Shown here one piece after another: positions 49,444 to 62,310 of a stretch of 64,000 nucleotides of DNA. Below the pieces are notes generated by a model. It saw only the letters and a list, made by a program, of their open reading frames with translations, was not told where the DNA came from and searched no databases. The stretch is from Macrostomum hystrix. Taxonomy: Eukaryota; Animalia; Platyhelminthes. Each line of letters starts with the position of its first letter. Position 1 is the stretch's first letter. The position numbers and the translations under genes were made by a program. The stretch covers positions 7,378,001 to 7,442,000 of the forward strand of contig CATNEN010000025.1 of NCBI GenBank assembly GCA_950097015.1, in the 5' to 3' direction.

Positions 49444-52400
49444 CTAATCCCAGGCCTCTTCTTCAGCAGGTGCAGCAGCAGCAGCCGGGGCGGGCTGGAA
49501 CGCGTTATCAGCGAAGTCGCCTTCGTCAGGCTGTTCGCGGTAACGGTCCCTGGTAACACCACGCCTCATGTCACGACTGGCGCCGCCGAATCTTCCACCT
49601 CCACCCATGCCAACGCCGCCGCCGCCGCCGTCGCCGCACTGGTCGGCGTACACATCCAGCCAGTCCGGAACGGGCTGCCCGTTATCCTGAAGCGTCAGGC
49701 GAAGCTGCAGGGCCAGAGCCGAGTCGCGGCCGTGATCGTAGAACGAGATGGACTTGCCGGTGTTGCCACAGCGGCCGGTGCGGCCAATCCGATGCACGTA
49801 CATTTCGAAATCATTCGGCAGATCCATGTTGATCACCAGCTCGATGCCATTGATGTCGACGCCGCGAGCTGACACATTCGTGGCAACCAGGATTGGATTC
49901 TTTCCCCTCTGGAACTCGCGGAGGGCAATCTCGCGCTCGCGCTGCTCTCGGTCGCCGTGAATCGTCGTGCACGGCAGCTTCTTCTTTTGCGACAGAGCAA
50001 GGCCGACGAAATCCGCTTGGCGCTTTGTCTCGACAAAGATAAGGATTCTGTCCTTCTGTCGGTTGGGATCAGAATGCCACTCGTCAATCACCGACTCCAG
50101 CTCGGCCTGCTTATCGTTCTGCTGCACCTCGCGAATCTCTTGTGTCACATCCGGGTTGGCTGCTCCCACCTTGCCGACAGTCAGATACAGGTAGTTCTGC
50201 AGATACTGACCAGCCAGAGCTTGGATCTGGCCAGCGAAGGTGGCGGAGAACATCAGAATCTGACGCTCAGACGGCATCTGTTCCAGGGTCCACGTAACAG
50301 AGTCAAGGAAGCCCCTGTCCAGCATCTGGTCGGCCTCGTCTAGCACCAGGAAGCGGATCTTCTTTAGGCTGACGATGTTTCTATCGGCAAAGTCCTTCAG
50401 TCGGCCAGGCGTGGCCACCAAGATGTGGCAGCCGTTGCCTAACTCACCGCGCATGTACTCAGTCTTGGGGCCACCGTAGACGCGCTTGACCATGATATTA
50501 GTGCCGGCTAGGAATCCCCTGGAAAAAATGTTTTGTAAATTAAGATTTAATGGCATGGTAATAAATACAAAAGGTTCTTTATTATTCAGTTTAAAAAAAA
50601 TTCAAAATACTGATTTGTTACAGAAGCGTTGAGTCTTCTTGAGCGACAAAAGGGCAAAAAAGGCCAAATAACGCGGTTTTAGATAGACTCACTTAGCAAA
50701 CTCATAGATCTGGATGCACAGCTCTCTTGTAGGCGTGACGATCAGAGCCAGCGGGTAGGTAGTGTACTGAGCAGTGGTCGAGTCGCTCAGGTTCATCTCA
50801 GAAATCATCTTGGCCAGAGGAAGCAAAAAGGCCGCAGTCTTGCCTGAGCCTGTCTGAGCGCACGCCATCAGGTCTCTGCCCTTCAAAATGATGGGGATGC
50901 CGTACTTCTGCACGGGGGTCAGCGTGCTGTATCCATACTTGCGCAGGATGTTCTCCAGCATCACAGTGGGTAGGCCGATGCCTTCAAAGCTGGTCAGGTA
51001 GCCCGGCTTGTCCGAACCCGACACCTCCACATCGATCTTCTCGTACTTGCTAAAGTTGATGCCAGCGTGAATGGTCCGTTGATAAATCTCGTCTAGCTGA
51101 GTCTCCTCTGGCACGTGAGCAGTTGATACAGCGCCAGCATCACCGGATGGAGCATTCGGACATTCCGCAGACAGATGGCCGGGCTGCTTGCAGCGAAAGC
51201 AGGCGCGAGCGTCGGCATTCGGACACTCACGAGCAAAGTGGCCGCTCTCATTGCACTTGAAGCACACGCCGCCACCACCACCGCCCCCGCCAGCATCAGC
51301 ATTCGGGCACTCGCGAGCAAAGTGGCCGCTCTCATTGCACTTGTAGCACACACCGCCACCACCACCGCCCCCGCCGCCGCCAGCATCAGCATTCGGGCAC
51401 TCGCGAGCAAAGTGGCCGCTCTCATTGCACTTGTAGCACACGCCGCCACCACCGCCGCCAGCATCGGCACCGCCTCCACCGAAACCTCCTCGGCTGCCAA
51501 AGCCACCACTACGACCTCCGTCTTCTCCAGATGATCTGAAGCCACCTCGGTCGCGGCCACGACCACCGAAGCCTCCATGACCGCTTTCGCCGTCAGTTCC
51601 ATCGCCTCCAGAAGAACCTAAGCCACCACGTCCGCCGCCACGACTTCCAAATCCACCTCCACCACCGCGACCACCAAATCCACCTCCACTGGAACCACCT
51701 TCATCTGTGTCACCATTGGTGGCTCCAAAACCACCACGGCCTCCGAATCCGCCACCTCGGCTGCCGAATCGACCACTTGATCCACCTTCATCACCATCTT
51801 GATTGGAGGCTCCAAATCCACCACGACCACCTCCACGACCTCCGAAACCACCACGACTTCCAAATCCATCACTTCTGGCAACACCATCTGCAGCATCGTT
51901 GCTAGAAGCGCCAAATCCACCACGACCACGACCGCGTCCACCGAATCCACCTCGGCCGCTATCTCCACCGTCTGTATCATCACCTCGAGATAAACCGAAT
52001 CCGCCACGGCTGCCGCCAAAACCTCCTCGACTATTAGGTCGGGCACCAGAATCTTGGGCATCAGCATTCGGGCATTCTCTTGCAAAGTGACCGCTTTCAT
52101 TGCATTTATAGCAGACAGAAGACGATCCACCACGGCCTGCGCCAAAGCCGCCACCACCACCGCCACGTCTGTTTTGTGAGTCTGCGTTGGGACATTCTCG
52201 AGAGAAGTGACCGCTTTCGTTGCACTTAAAGCAAACGGAGGACGATCCACCACGGCCTCCGCCGAAGCCGCCACCACCACCACGTCTGTCTTGTGAGTCT
52301 GCATTTGGACATTCACGAGAGAAGTGACCGCTTTCGTTGCACTTAAAGCAAACAGAAGAACCACCGCCCCTGCTGCCACCACCGCGACTACCGCCAAATC

Positions 52401-52761
52401 CACCGCGGCTTCCAAAGCCGCCACTTTCCTCATTCTGCGAATCACCTCCGAATCCACCGCGGCCTCCTCCAAAGCCACCTCCTCGGGAGCCAAAGCCACC
52501 GCGACTACCTGAACTAGCAGAGTCACCGTTCTGTGCATCGCCGTTTAAATTTTCGCGGCCGGCGCCGAAGCCACCTCCTCCACGATTAGCTCCAAAGCCG
52601 CCACCTCGGCTGCTGCCGAAGCCACCTCCTCCACCAAATCCATTTGATGCTTCGCCATTAGAAGCACCGACTTCGATATTTATTTTGCTCTTTAAGTCAC
52701 TGGTCAGGTCACCAGACCATTCATCTTCCGTTTCACGCTTGATTGATCCTCTGCCAGCCAT
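49444..52761 (-). CDS. vas: Vasa/DDX4 paralogue B; exons 50693-52761 and 49444-50518, 1047 aa, 7 CCHC knuckles
   Basis: Same helicase motifs; GCT AA|gtgagt...ttccag|G; C-terminal EEEAWD. Confidence 0.93.
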
Positions 52762-54156
52762 GTATTCAGTCTTGCGATATTTAAATTATCGAAACACTGC
52801 AACGTTATTAAGTGGAGTTTTCGGTTAAGACAGAAACACAAGAATCTTGGATTGGACAAGATTTGCTTTTGTGGAAAGTAAAATAGTGAATCGTTGACGG
52901 CCGACTGGGAGTGTTTTGTGAAAGATTTCTCTTGCTTGAAAAGATAAGGAGACACCGTATTTTAGCTGAAAAAATCGACTATACGCTAGTAGCAGCTACA
53001 AAGAAAACTGCTTAAACGTGGTATATTTAACACTTTAATTTATAATCTAATGGTGTAACTAGTATAATTAAAATAAACAATTGTCAAGACACGCGGTATG
53101 ATTTCTAATACACCGTAGCAAATATGAATCTTGGAAAAAAACTCCTGCATTGTTCTTTTATTTTTCAAGTCTAATTTGCTTCACTTGGGAAGAGATGAAT
53201 AATAATTGTTACCAATTTGGCATGGGAGAGCAACAATGAGTTTTCGGCATAACGTGCAGAATGCACACTTTTGCTAATATATGCAGGTTTTGTTTTACTT
53301 TTAAGTGACCTGACCCGACAGCTTAACCTCACTATAGCTTGTATCAGTTTGACTATTTTGTCTCAAGCGCTGTTTTTTCTTCTCCTAAAATGAATTTTTT
53401 TGAACTGCTGATCCAAAAAAAGCAATTTGTTTTTGCAGGGCAGTATAAAATTGCTTGAACGACTTATTTTCTATCAGTGAAATACAAAGTATAATGGTCT
53501 GAAAACTGGAATATTAGCTAGCAATTTATGAAATAATTACTATACAAGTACATATAAGAATGCGCTGACACAGTGTTAACTTAATAAAAACGGACAAAAT
53601 ATTTATTCATGTCATGCTTGCCAGCTTGGGTGCATAACGAATGAAAATCACAACTGGGAATATAGTCAAATTGAGACATGTTTAAGTTTTATGCCAATAG
53701 AATAAATAAACGAAAATATAATCACTCACCTTTACAATTTTTTGAATATTTTTTGCATCAATGTAGGACACAAAAATAAATATTAAATTTTACGCAAAAA
53801 ACGTTAAATTTGTTTGTGTACAACTGACCCAATGTCGATTCAATTTAAAATACATCGACACCGCAAAAAACGATAATTTATTCTGAGTAAAGAAAAGGCA
53901 GCAAGCCCTCAAAAAATCTAATAATGTGTACAAAATGGTATTCTATTATAAAAGGACACCAGTAAATCTATTGTTCTGAAATAAGAAATAGACAGTTATA
54001 GCACAACTTTACCATTTACAGCTAAATCAGAAAGCACACTCGTAATTCTCCACAAGGTGAAAAACTGGATATAATTATTTTACTTTAACAAGTTAAAACC
54101 AGCTAATTAAAAAGCGTCACAAAAAGGAAGGCTTTTTTAAGTTTACAAAATTCAAC

Positions 54157-57100
54157 CTAGTCCCAACAATCACCCGACTGAGCAGAGTCAGGTACGTGCC
54201 GGAACGCGTTATCAGCGAAGTCGCCTTCGTCAGGCTGTTCGCGGTAACGGTCCCTGGTAACACCGCGCCTCATGTCACGACTGGCGCCGCCGAATCTTCC
54301 ACCTCCACCCATGCCAACGCCGCCGCCGCCGCCGTCGCCGCACTGGTCGGCGTACACATCCAGCCAGTCCGGAACGGGCTGCCCGTTATCCTGAAGCGTC
54401 AGGCGAAGCTGCAGGGCCAGAGCCGAGTCGCGGCCGTGATCGTAGAACGAGATGGACTTGCCGGTGTTGCCACAGCGGCCGGTGCGGCCAATCCGATGCA
54501 CGTACATTTCGAAATCATTCGGCAGATCCATGTTGATCACCAGCTCGATGCCATTGATGTCGACGCCGCGAGCTGACACATTCGTGGCAACCAGGATTGG
54601 ATTCTTTCCCCTCTGGAACTCGCGGAGGGCAATCTCGCGCTCGCGCTGCTCTCGGTCGCCGTGAATCGTCGTGCACGGCAGCTTCTTCTTTTGCGACAGA
54701 GCAAGGCCGACGAAATCCGCTTGGCGCTTTGTCTCGACAAAGATAAGGATTCTGTCCTTCTGTCGGTTGGGATCAGAATGCCACTCGTCAATCACCGACT
54801 CCAGCTCGGCCTGCTTATCGTTCTGCTGCACCTCGCGAATCTCTTGTGTCACATCCGGGTTGGCTGCTCCCACCTTGCCGACAGTCAGATACAGGTAGTT
54901 CTGCAGATACTGACCAGCCAGAGCTTGGATCTGGCCAGCGAAGGTGGCGGAGAACATCAGAATCTGACGCTCAGACGGCATCTGTTCCAGGGTCCACGTG
55001 ACAGAGTCAAGGAAGCCCCTGTCCAGCATCTGGTCGGCCTCGTCTAGAACCAGGAAGCGGGTCTTCTTCAGGCTGACGATGTTTCTATCGGCAAAGTCCT
55101 TCAGTCGGCCAGGCGTGGCCACCAAGATGTGGCAGCCGTTAGCTAGCTCTGCACGTAGGAACTCGGTTTTTGGTCCTCCATAAATTCTTTGAATCTTCAT
55201 ATTTGTGTTTGCTAGAAAGCCCCTGAAGAAAATGTAATAGAGGAATTTAAATGTAGTTGAGTAAAATTTGTAATTTTTAAAACCTAAAAAACTGGTACAA
55301 AATTGCTTCGGGAATCTATTCATGGGAAAAAGAAGTAAGACGCAAATCTTAGAGTCGCAATGCACAGGCAGAAAATGTTATAAAATCATTAAAAAATTAC
55401 TCACAGGCCGAACTCGTAAGTCTGGTTGCACAATTCCCGAGTAGGTGCCAAGATGAGAACAATAGGAAATGTTGTGTACAACTCAACCGTGTTGAGGTCA
55501 TCCATCTCAGCAAGCAGTTTTGCTAGCGGCAAAAGAAATGCGGCAGTTTTTCCAGAACCCGTTTGCGCGCAGGCCATTAGGTCGCGGCGCCGTAGCACAA
55601 TAGGAATAGCATACTTTTGTACAGGGGTTAGTTTGCGGTAGTTAAACTTTTTGTAAATATTTTCTAGCATGATAGGCGGCAGGCCGATGTCATTGAAAGA
55701 CTGCAGTATACCAGGTCTGTCAGTTCCCGATACTTCAACATCGATTTTTTCATAGTTATCAAAGTTAATGCCTGCGTGGACAGTTCGATGATAAATTTCG
55801 TCGAGCTCGACTTTCTCCGGAATGTGAGCGGCGGAGGGAACACCGCTATTTGCGGATTGGGAATTCGGACATTCTGAAGCGAAATGGTCATGTTCACCGC
55901 ACTTAAAACAAGCGCGAGCATCCGCGTTCGGGCACTCGCGAGCAAAATGTCCCGGCTGTTGACATTTGTAGCAAACATCGTCACCACCGCCTCCTTCTGC
56001 TGAATTTCGACTTCTAAATCCACCGCGGCCTCCTCTGAAGTCATCACGCGGTGCATCATTGCTGTAATCTTCTCTACTCCAGTTTCCACCAGAAACTCCG
56101 CCGCTAGCCTCATCAAGCTCGCGCCTAAATCCACCACGACCGCGACTGCCTCCAAAGCCACTACGGGGCCTGTCCGCAGCGGAATCATTAAAGTCACCTC
56201 TAAGATGACTGCTAAATACATCTCTACCACCACGGTCTTCGCTAAAGCCGCCGCGGCCACGTCTAAAACCATCACTTCGTCTTTCACTTCTACTATCGAC
56301 TTTATCACTTACTCTAAAGCCGGTTCCACCACTAAGATTCTGGTGGCTTTCAAAGCCACCGCTATTTCTATCACCACCAAAGCCACCGCGATCTGTGGCA
56401 CCACCAAAGCCACCGCGATCTGTGGCACCACCAAAGCCACCGCGATCTGTGGCACCACCAAAGCCACCGCGATCTGTGGCACCACCAAAGCCACCGCGAT
56501 CTGTGGCACCACCAAAGCCACCGCGATCTGTGGCACCACCAAAGCCACCGCGATCTGTGGCACCACCAAAGCCACCGCGATCTCTGGCACCACCAAAGCC
56601 ACCTCGATCTCTGGCACCACCAAAGCCACCTCGATCTGTGGCACCACCAAAGCCACCTCGATCTGTGGCACCACCAAAGCCACAGCGATCTGTGGCACCA
56701 CCAAAGCCACCGCGATCTGTGGCACCACCAAAACCACCGCGATCTCTGCCGCCATTAAAGCCACCGCGCCCTCGACTGCCGGCAGCGCGGGGTCTCTCAT
56801 CGGCTTCAGTACTAAAATCGCGACTGCTATTATATCTAAATTCAACGGTGTTGTCTCTGCTGTCACTAAATTCGCTGCGCCCACGGCCACGACTGCCACC
56901 GAAATCACGCTGGTGGCGTTCATTGCTGACTTCATTAGAGCTGCCCCGAGCAAATGATGAGTTTTCTTCATCCTGGTGACTTCTTAAGCCGCGGTAAGTA
57001 CGACTGCCTTCAAAACTACCACTGGTTCTTACAGCTGTTCTGTCATTTTCGCTACCTTGCTGATTACCGAAGACGCCGCGACTGCTCCTACTACTGCCGA

Positions 57101-57533
57101 AGCCGCCACGACTGTCTCTGAAGCCTCCTCTTTGATGCGCAGCGAAGCTGGAATCTTCACTTTGATCGGAACTGCCGCCTCTTTGTGAAACTGAGACGCC
57201 AAATCCGCTTCGATTTCCTCTGCTGCCTTGCCTTCCAACAAACCAAGTTCTTTCTGTGCTATTTGTATTCTGACATCCAAAGCCACTACTGCGAGAAAAG
57301 TTTCTATTCTCGTTCTCACTAGTTTGAGAAGTAAACTCCCTTTCGGAATTTCCCGAACAGGCACCAGTTTGACTAAACGTTGCCGAACTAGAGAATCTAG
57401 CATCATCAGGAATGGGAGAATCACTCCAATTGGTACTGCCGCTTTGCTGAGGTGCATCGAAATCCGGCTGAGCTGACCATTCGTCGTAAAAGTCACTGGA
57501 CGCTGGTTGGATTGGTCGACCGCGACCAGCCAT
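54157..57533 (-). CDS. vas: Vasa/DDX4 paralogue C; exons 55405-57533 and 54157-55222, 1064 aa, 2 CCHC knuckles
   Basis: Same helicase motifs; GGC CT|gtgagt...cttcag|G; 27-bp coding repeat GGFGGA(T/R)DR; C-terminal GDCWD. Confidence 0.92.
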
Positions 57534-57629
57534 TTAAACCGGCTGCAATCAGAAAATGGCGACGTTTATTTTTAATAAAACTGTCTTATCGTTTTAATTT
57601 ATTTTTACTTTTTTGATACAAAAATTGTT

Positions 57630-57905
57630 AAGAATAATTATAATTGATTACACCTGCCCCATTTGGGCCAGCTGTTCAGCCGACAGCACAGCCGCAGCTA
57701 TTGCATGGCGCATCTGAAGGCTGCGTACGGCTGTTTAGTCCATGGACTGGGGGGACGCCACACCCACCCTCAATTACCCCGGCTAATGCTGGTACCAATT
57801 TAACAATGGAGAGTTAAGCGTCTTGTTGAAGGTCACAAATTGTTCCAGTGGAGTCGGTAATCGAACCCCCGACCTTCGAGTCGTGAGTCCGATGCGGCTA
57901 CAACA
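57630..57905 (-). mobile_element. tRNA-derived SINE, copy 3 (with internal insertion and partial deletion)
   Basis: TAATTGATTACACCTGCCC...GGGGGACGCCACACCCACCCTCAATTACCCC...AATCGAACCCCCGACCTTCGAGTCGTGAGTCCG matches copies 1 and 2. Confidence 0.78.
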
Positions 57906-58787
57906 TCTACCAATAAGTAAAAAGAAAAGGCAAGAAATATTTTTGCTGAAGGTTCGACAGAAATATAGTTAAAGCGTTATATTTGCCCACAAAAATAGCC
58001 GTGTCGGTTGTATTCCGCACGTGTATAAGAAATTGCTGACCCATAGGGCACGAAAACGCAAAGCAAACAAGATAAAGCAAAATCGATACACAAACTAAAT
58101 AATAACCGAGTTTTGCATTTTATAGATAATTAGTTAGGGGGATAAAAATAGCGCCTGTTTGGGCGAGGATACAAAGATTGTGTAAATGAGAAAAACGAGC
58201 ACAACAGAGATGTGAGCCACATTGCTTGGCTTATATTTCATTTTAATATTAGTGTCCATTTTAATATTTGCTTAAAAGCCAATTCAACTGTAAATAACGA
58301 GCAGAAAAATTACGGACAATTGACGAATAGAGTTTCAGGACCGAAATTTAGGACAAATTATTTTCTTAAAAAGCACAAGTGAATCTTCAGTTAGATTTAC
58401 GCAGAGACATTTTTATTAGACATTGATAAAATAAAACAGGTCAGTACAGGTCTTTTAGCATATTTAGTGAGTTATTATTTCGTTAGCAATGCCGTCGGAG
58501 CCCCGAAAACGTGCGATGTTTTGACTAGGTCTGAATATAATAAACTAGTGCACTATAAAATCTACCTAATAAGTTAATATTTCAATATTGCTTGGATTAC
58601 ACACAACTGCAAATTTATCCTGAAACTTGCTTAAAAAACTTCAAAGCAATTAAGTAATTTTTAGATCGAATCGGGGCTAACCGGGGAACAAACAAAAAAT
58701 TCAAATGCAAGGCCTTTATTTCTAGACTTTAATTAATTTATATTATTTCTTAAGCCCAATAGAAGAATAAACTACAGTTTCGCGGCA

Positions 58788-59648
<861 letters not shown>

Positions 59649-61154
59649 ATTTATGATTGGTCAGTTACTGAAAGTAAAAAATAGATTGTAGTACTAAATC
59701 TTGTGCTAACAGTTCATTAAATACAAATACAAAACGATTTTGCTTTGCACGAACTATATCATGGCTACTGTTGTACTGGCAACTGTTAACTCAATAAGCA
59801 AACGAATTTGTCCTAGGCTGGGGAACCTAATGGTCCAGTTATTTTATAAACAACATAACAGTTGCTAAGTTGTTGCTTAATGTAATATATCAATATCTAA
59901 TTATAACAAATTTTGCAGATAAATGGAAAAAGGTTATGTACAAAAAATTAAGTAATAAACATTGACATCATTGTGCTCTGTTATGACCTTTTCCCGTATG
60001 TTGGTTGTGTAATTAATAAGAATCATGTAAGGTTGCCAACTTTTGTCTTGGTGCTTTACAATAAATCAAAATCTACTTGCATGCCATTTTCTCCCCAATT
60101 GGTTTTGTATCCAATGATTGCTGCATACCATTTTTGTACCTTTTTCATAATTTGTCCTTAGCTACGTCACCTTAGTGCATGTCTCTTCTCTTGCTAAAAA
60201 TCAGCACTTTCCTTGTCATTTCACTTACTGCATATATAATTTTTTCTTCTGAGTACAAAAAGTACCAGAATCTGGCATATGCAAGATTTTAAACCAACCA
60301 GTATTATAGATAAATAAATAAAAATGAACGATAGGGGAATGCATTGGTTTGCATGATACATGCACCTATACATTATGACTTTTGAATGTTGCCATGTGCC
60401 ATTTTTTTGTTGCACACAATTTAATTGTGATGTTTTTAATATTTTTTACATGAAAGGATTGATTGCTGACTTTAGTTTTTGTTTCTATATTTTGTTCTGT
60501 TGTTCATGCTTATTACCATGTTTTGCTTTGTCATGTCATGTTTTTGCCACCAATCTTGACAATCTTGACAAAGCATGGTTTACAATTTAAATTTTGCTGC
60601 TATCTGCCTTTCAATCAAAGTTGACCATTTACTAAGTAAATTTGTTTCTTTCACAGAGAGGCAAGCCAATCTTTTAAATTTAATTTTGAGTACCTTTGCC
60701 AAACCTACCTTGACCTATTGGATACAGTTGCATTTTTGAACATATTAGACTCAATAGCAATTGACTCGTACACTGTCCCATTTTCAATACATAGCGCCAG
60801 TTAGAATGTGAATGGCCTTTTCTCTACTATGTTTTTGAACTGATTGCCAAAGAAAATCCCCTACAAATAAAACATACTAAAAAGATAGGCAGAAAATGTT
60901 AATAGCATAACCTATTTAACTGAAGGTAGTTTCACTTTAGGACAAAGGATATTCACTTAATATATTCTATAAACTTGGCCTTTTAGGATCCAAAAGTTAA
61001 AAATTTTAGAACTAAAATGGTTTTACTCTAAAACTATAATTGTCCACATGTTTATAAGTTTTAATACTGATTTGCAAATATTAATTTGCAAGAGTTATAA
61101 ATCTGAGACATATAAAGACACAAAAAGCACATACAAATTCAAATATAGAGAAAA

Positions 61155-62310
61155 GGCAGTGCTTATCAGCATAGTCCCATACAAATAAAGCTGACTCAGT
61201 CTTATCCACAATTATCTTTGCCACTAATGCACACCTTATCTATACAACAGCTTGCTAGAATAGACTATGGCATTGAACATGCTAACAAATGCAAATGTCT
61301 ACCTCTTCTATACATGTATTAGTGGTGATTTTTCTGTTTACTACACGCTTTTTTATTTTTAAAGGAAGTGCTTATTCTCATGGTCCCGTGCCAATAATTT
61401 AAATTTTATCCACACAGATCTGTGCTGATAATTTTCTGCTTATCTACATGGCAGCTTGTATCAGTAGGTCTACTTTCAAGTCCCTACCTATTCTTCTCTG
61501 AGCATAAGGCTTTTGCTTCAGAGTAGTGTATAGTGTACACTATCAATGCATAGTGTCAAATAATAACAATGATGTGTGATAATATGTGTGACGAGTTTGG
61601 TGCTGACTAGAATTCTGCTGGTTGACTTTTATAATTTCTTTGATAGACTTCTTACTTTTTAAGTCAATACAATTCAAATGAAAACACATAACGATGACAA
61701 AAGATGTAGTAAGTTGTTATTACAATAATTAAAATGGATGACATTAATGTTGGTTAATGAATGTGTAGGTTGAAATGTAGAACACATTTGTAACACACTG
61801 GCAACTTTGTTGATCTATTGGCTCGAGGGTACAACAAAACATTCAAACCCGAAAGAGCCTTGTTTAAAAAAAAACAGAACCGTGTGGATAAAATTGAAAT
61901 TAACGGCACAGCATATTTATATAAAGAGTTTTAGACCTATTCATACAAGCTGCCATGTGGATAAGCAGAAAATTATTGGCATGGATCCATGTGGATAAAA
62001 TGAAATTATCAGCACGGGACCGTGGGAATAAGCTCTGCCATTTTTAAAACCTTTGAAACTTGTACAACTAGCACATAAAAATTCAATAATATCAATTATT
62101 AACTTTTAAAGGCTTGAACAAATGAGGCAAAAAAAGTCACCGAATTCTATTTGTTTTGAAAAAGTATGCATGGCTGGGATATTAACATGCACATAATGTG
62201 GTGGCCTATTTCAACAAGCTGCTGTGTAGATAAGGTGGGCCTTATTGGCATGGATCCATGTGGAAAAAGTTTGCACTCTTTGCATGGGACAGTGCTGTTA
62301 AGCACTGCTA
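61155..62310. mobile_element. Degenerate foldback / long-TIR element
   Basis: Several blocks in 61155-61475 are reverse complements, in nested order, of blocks in 61930-62310 (e.g. ATAATTTTCTGCTTATCTACATGGCAGCTTGTATC vs CATACAAGCTGCCATGTGGATAAGCAGAAAATTAT). Confidence 0.65.

Noticed and set aside
44000-57496. Many antisense or alternative-frame ORFs over the vasa genes
   Set aside because: Shadows of GC-rich, repetitive coding sequence.
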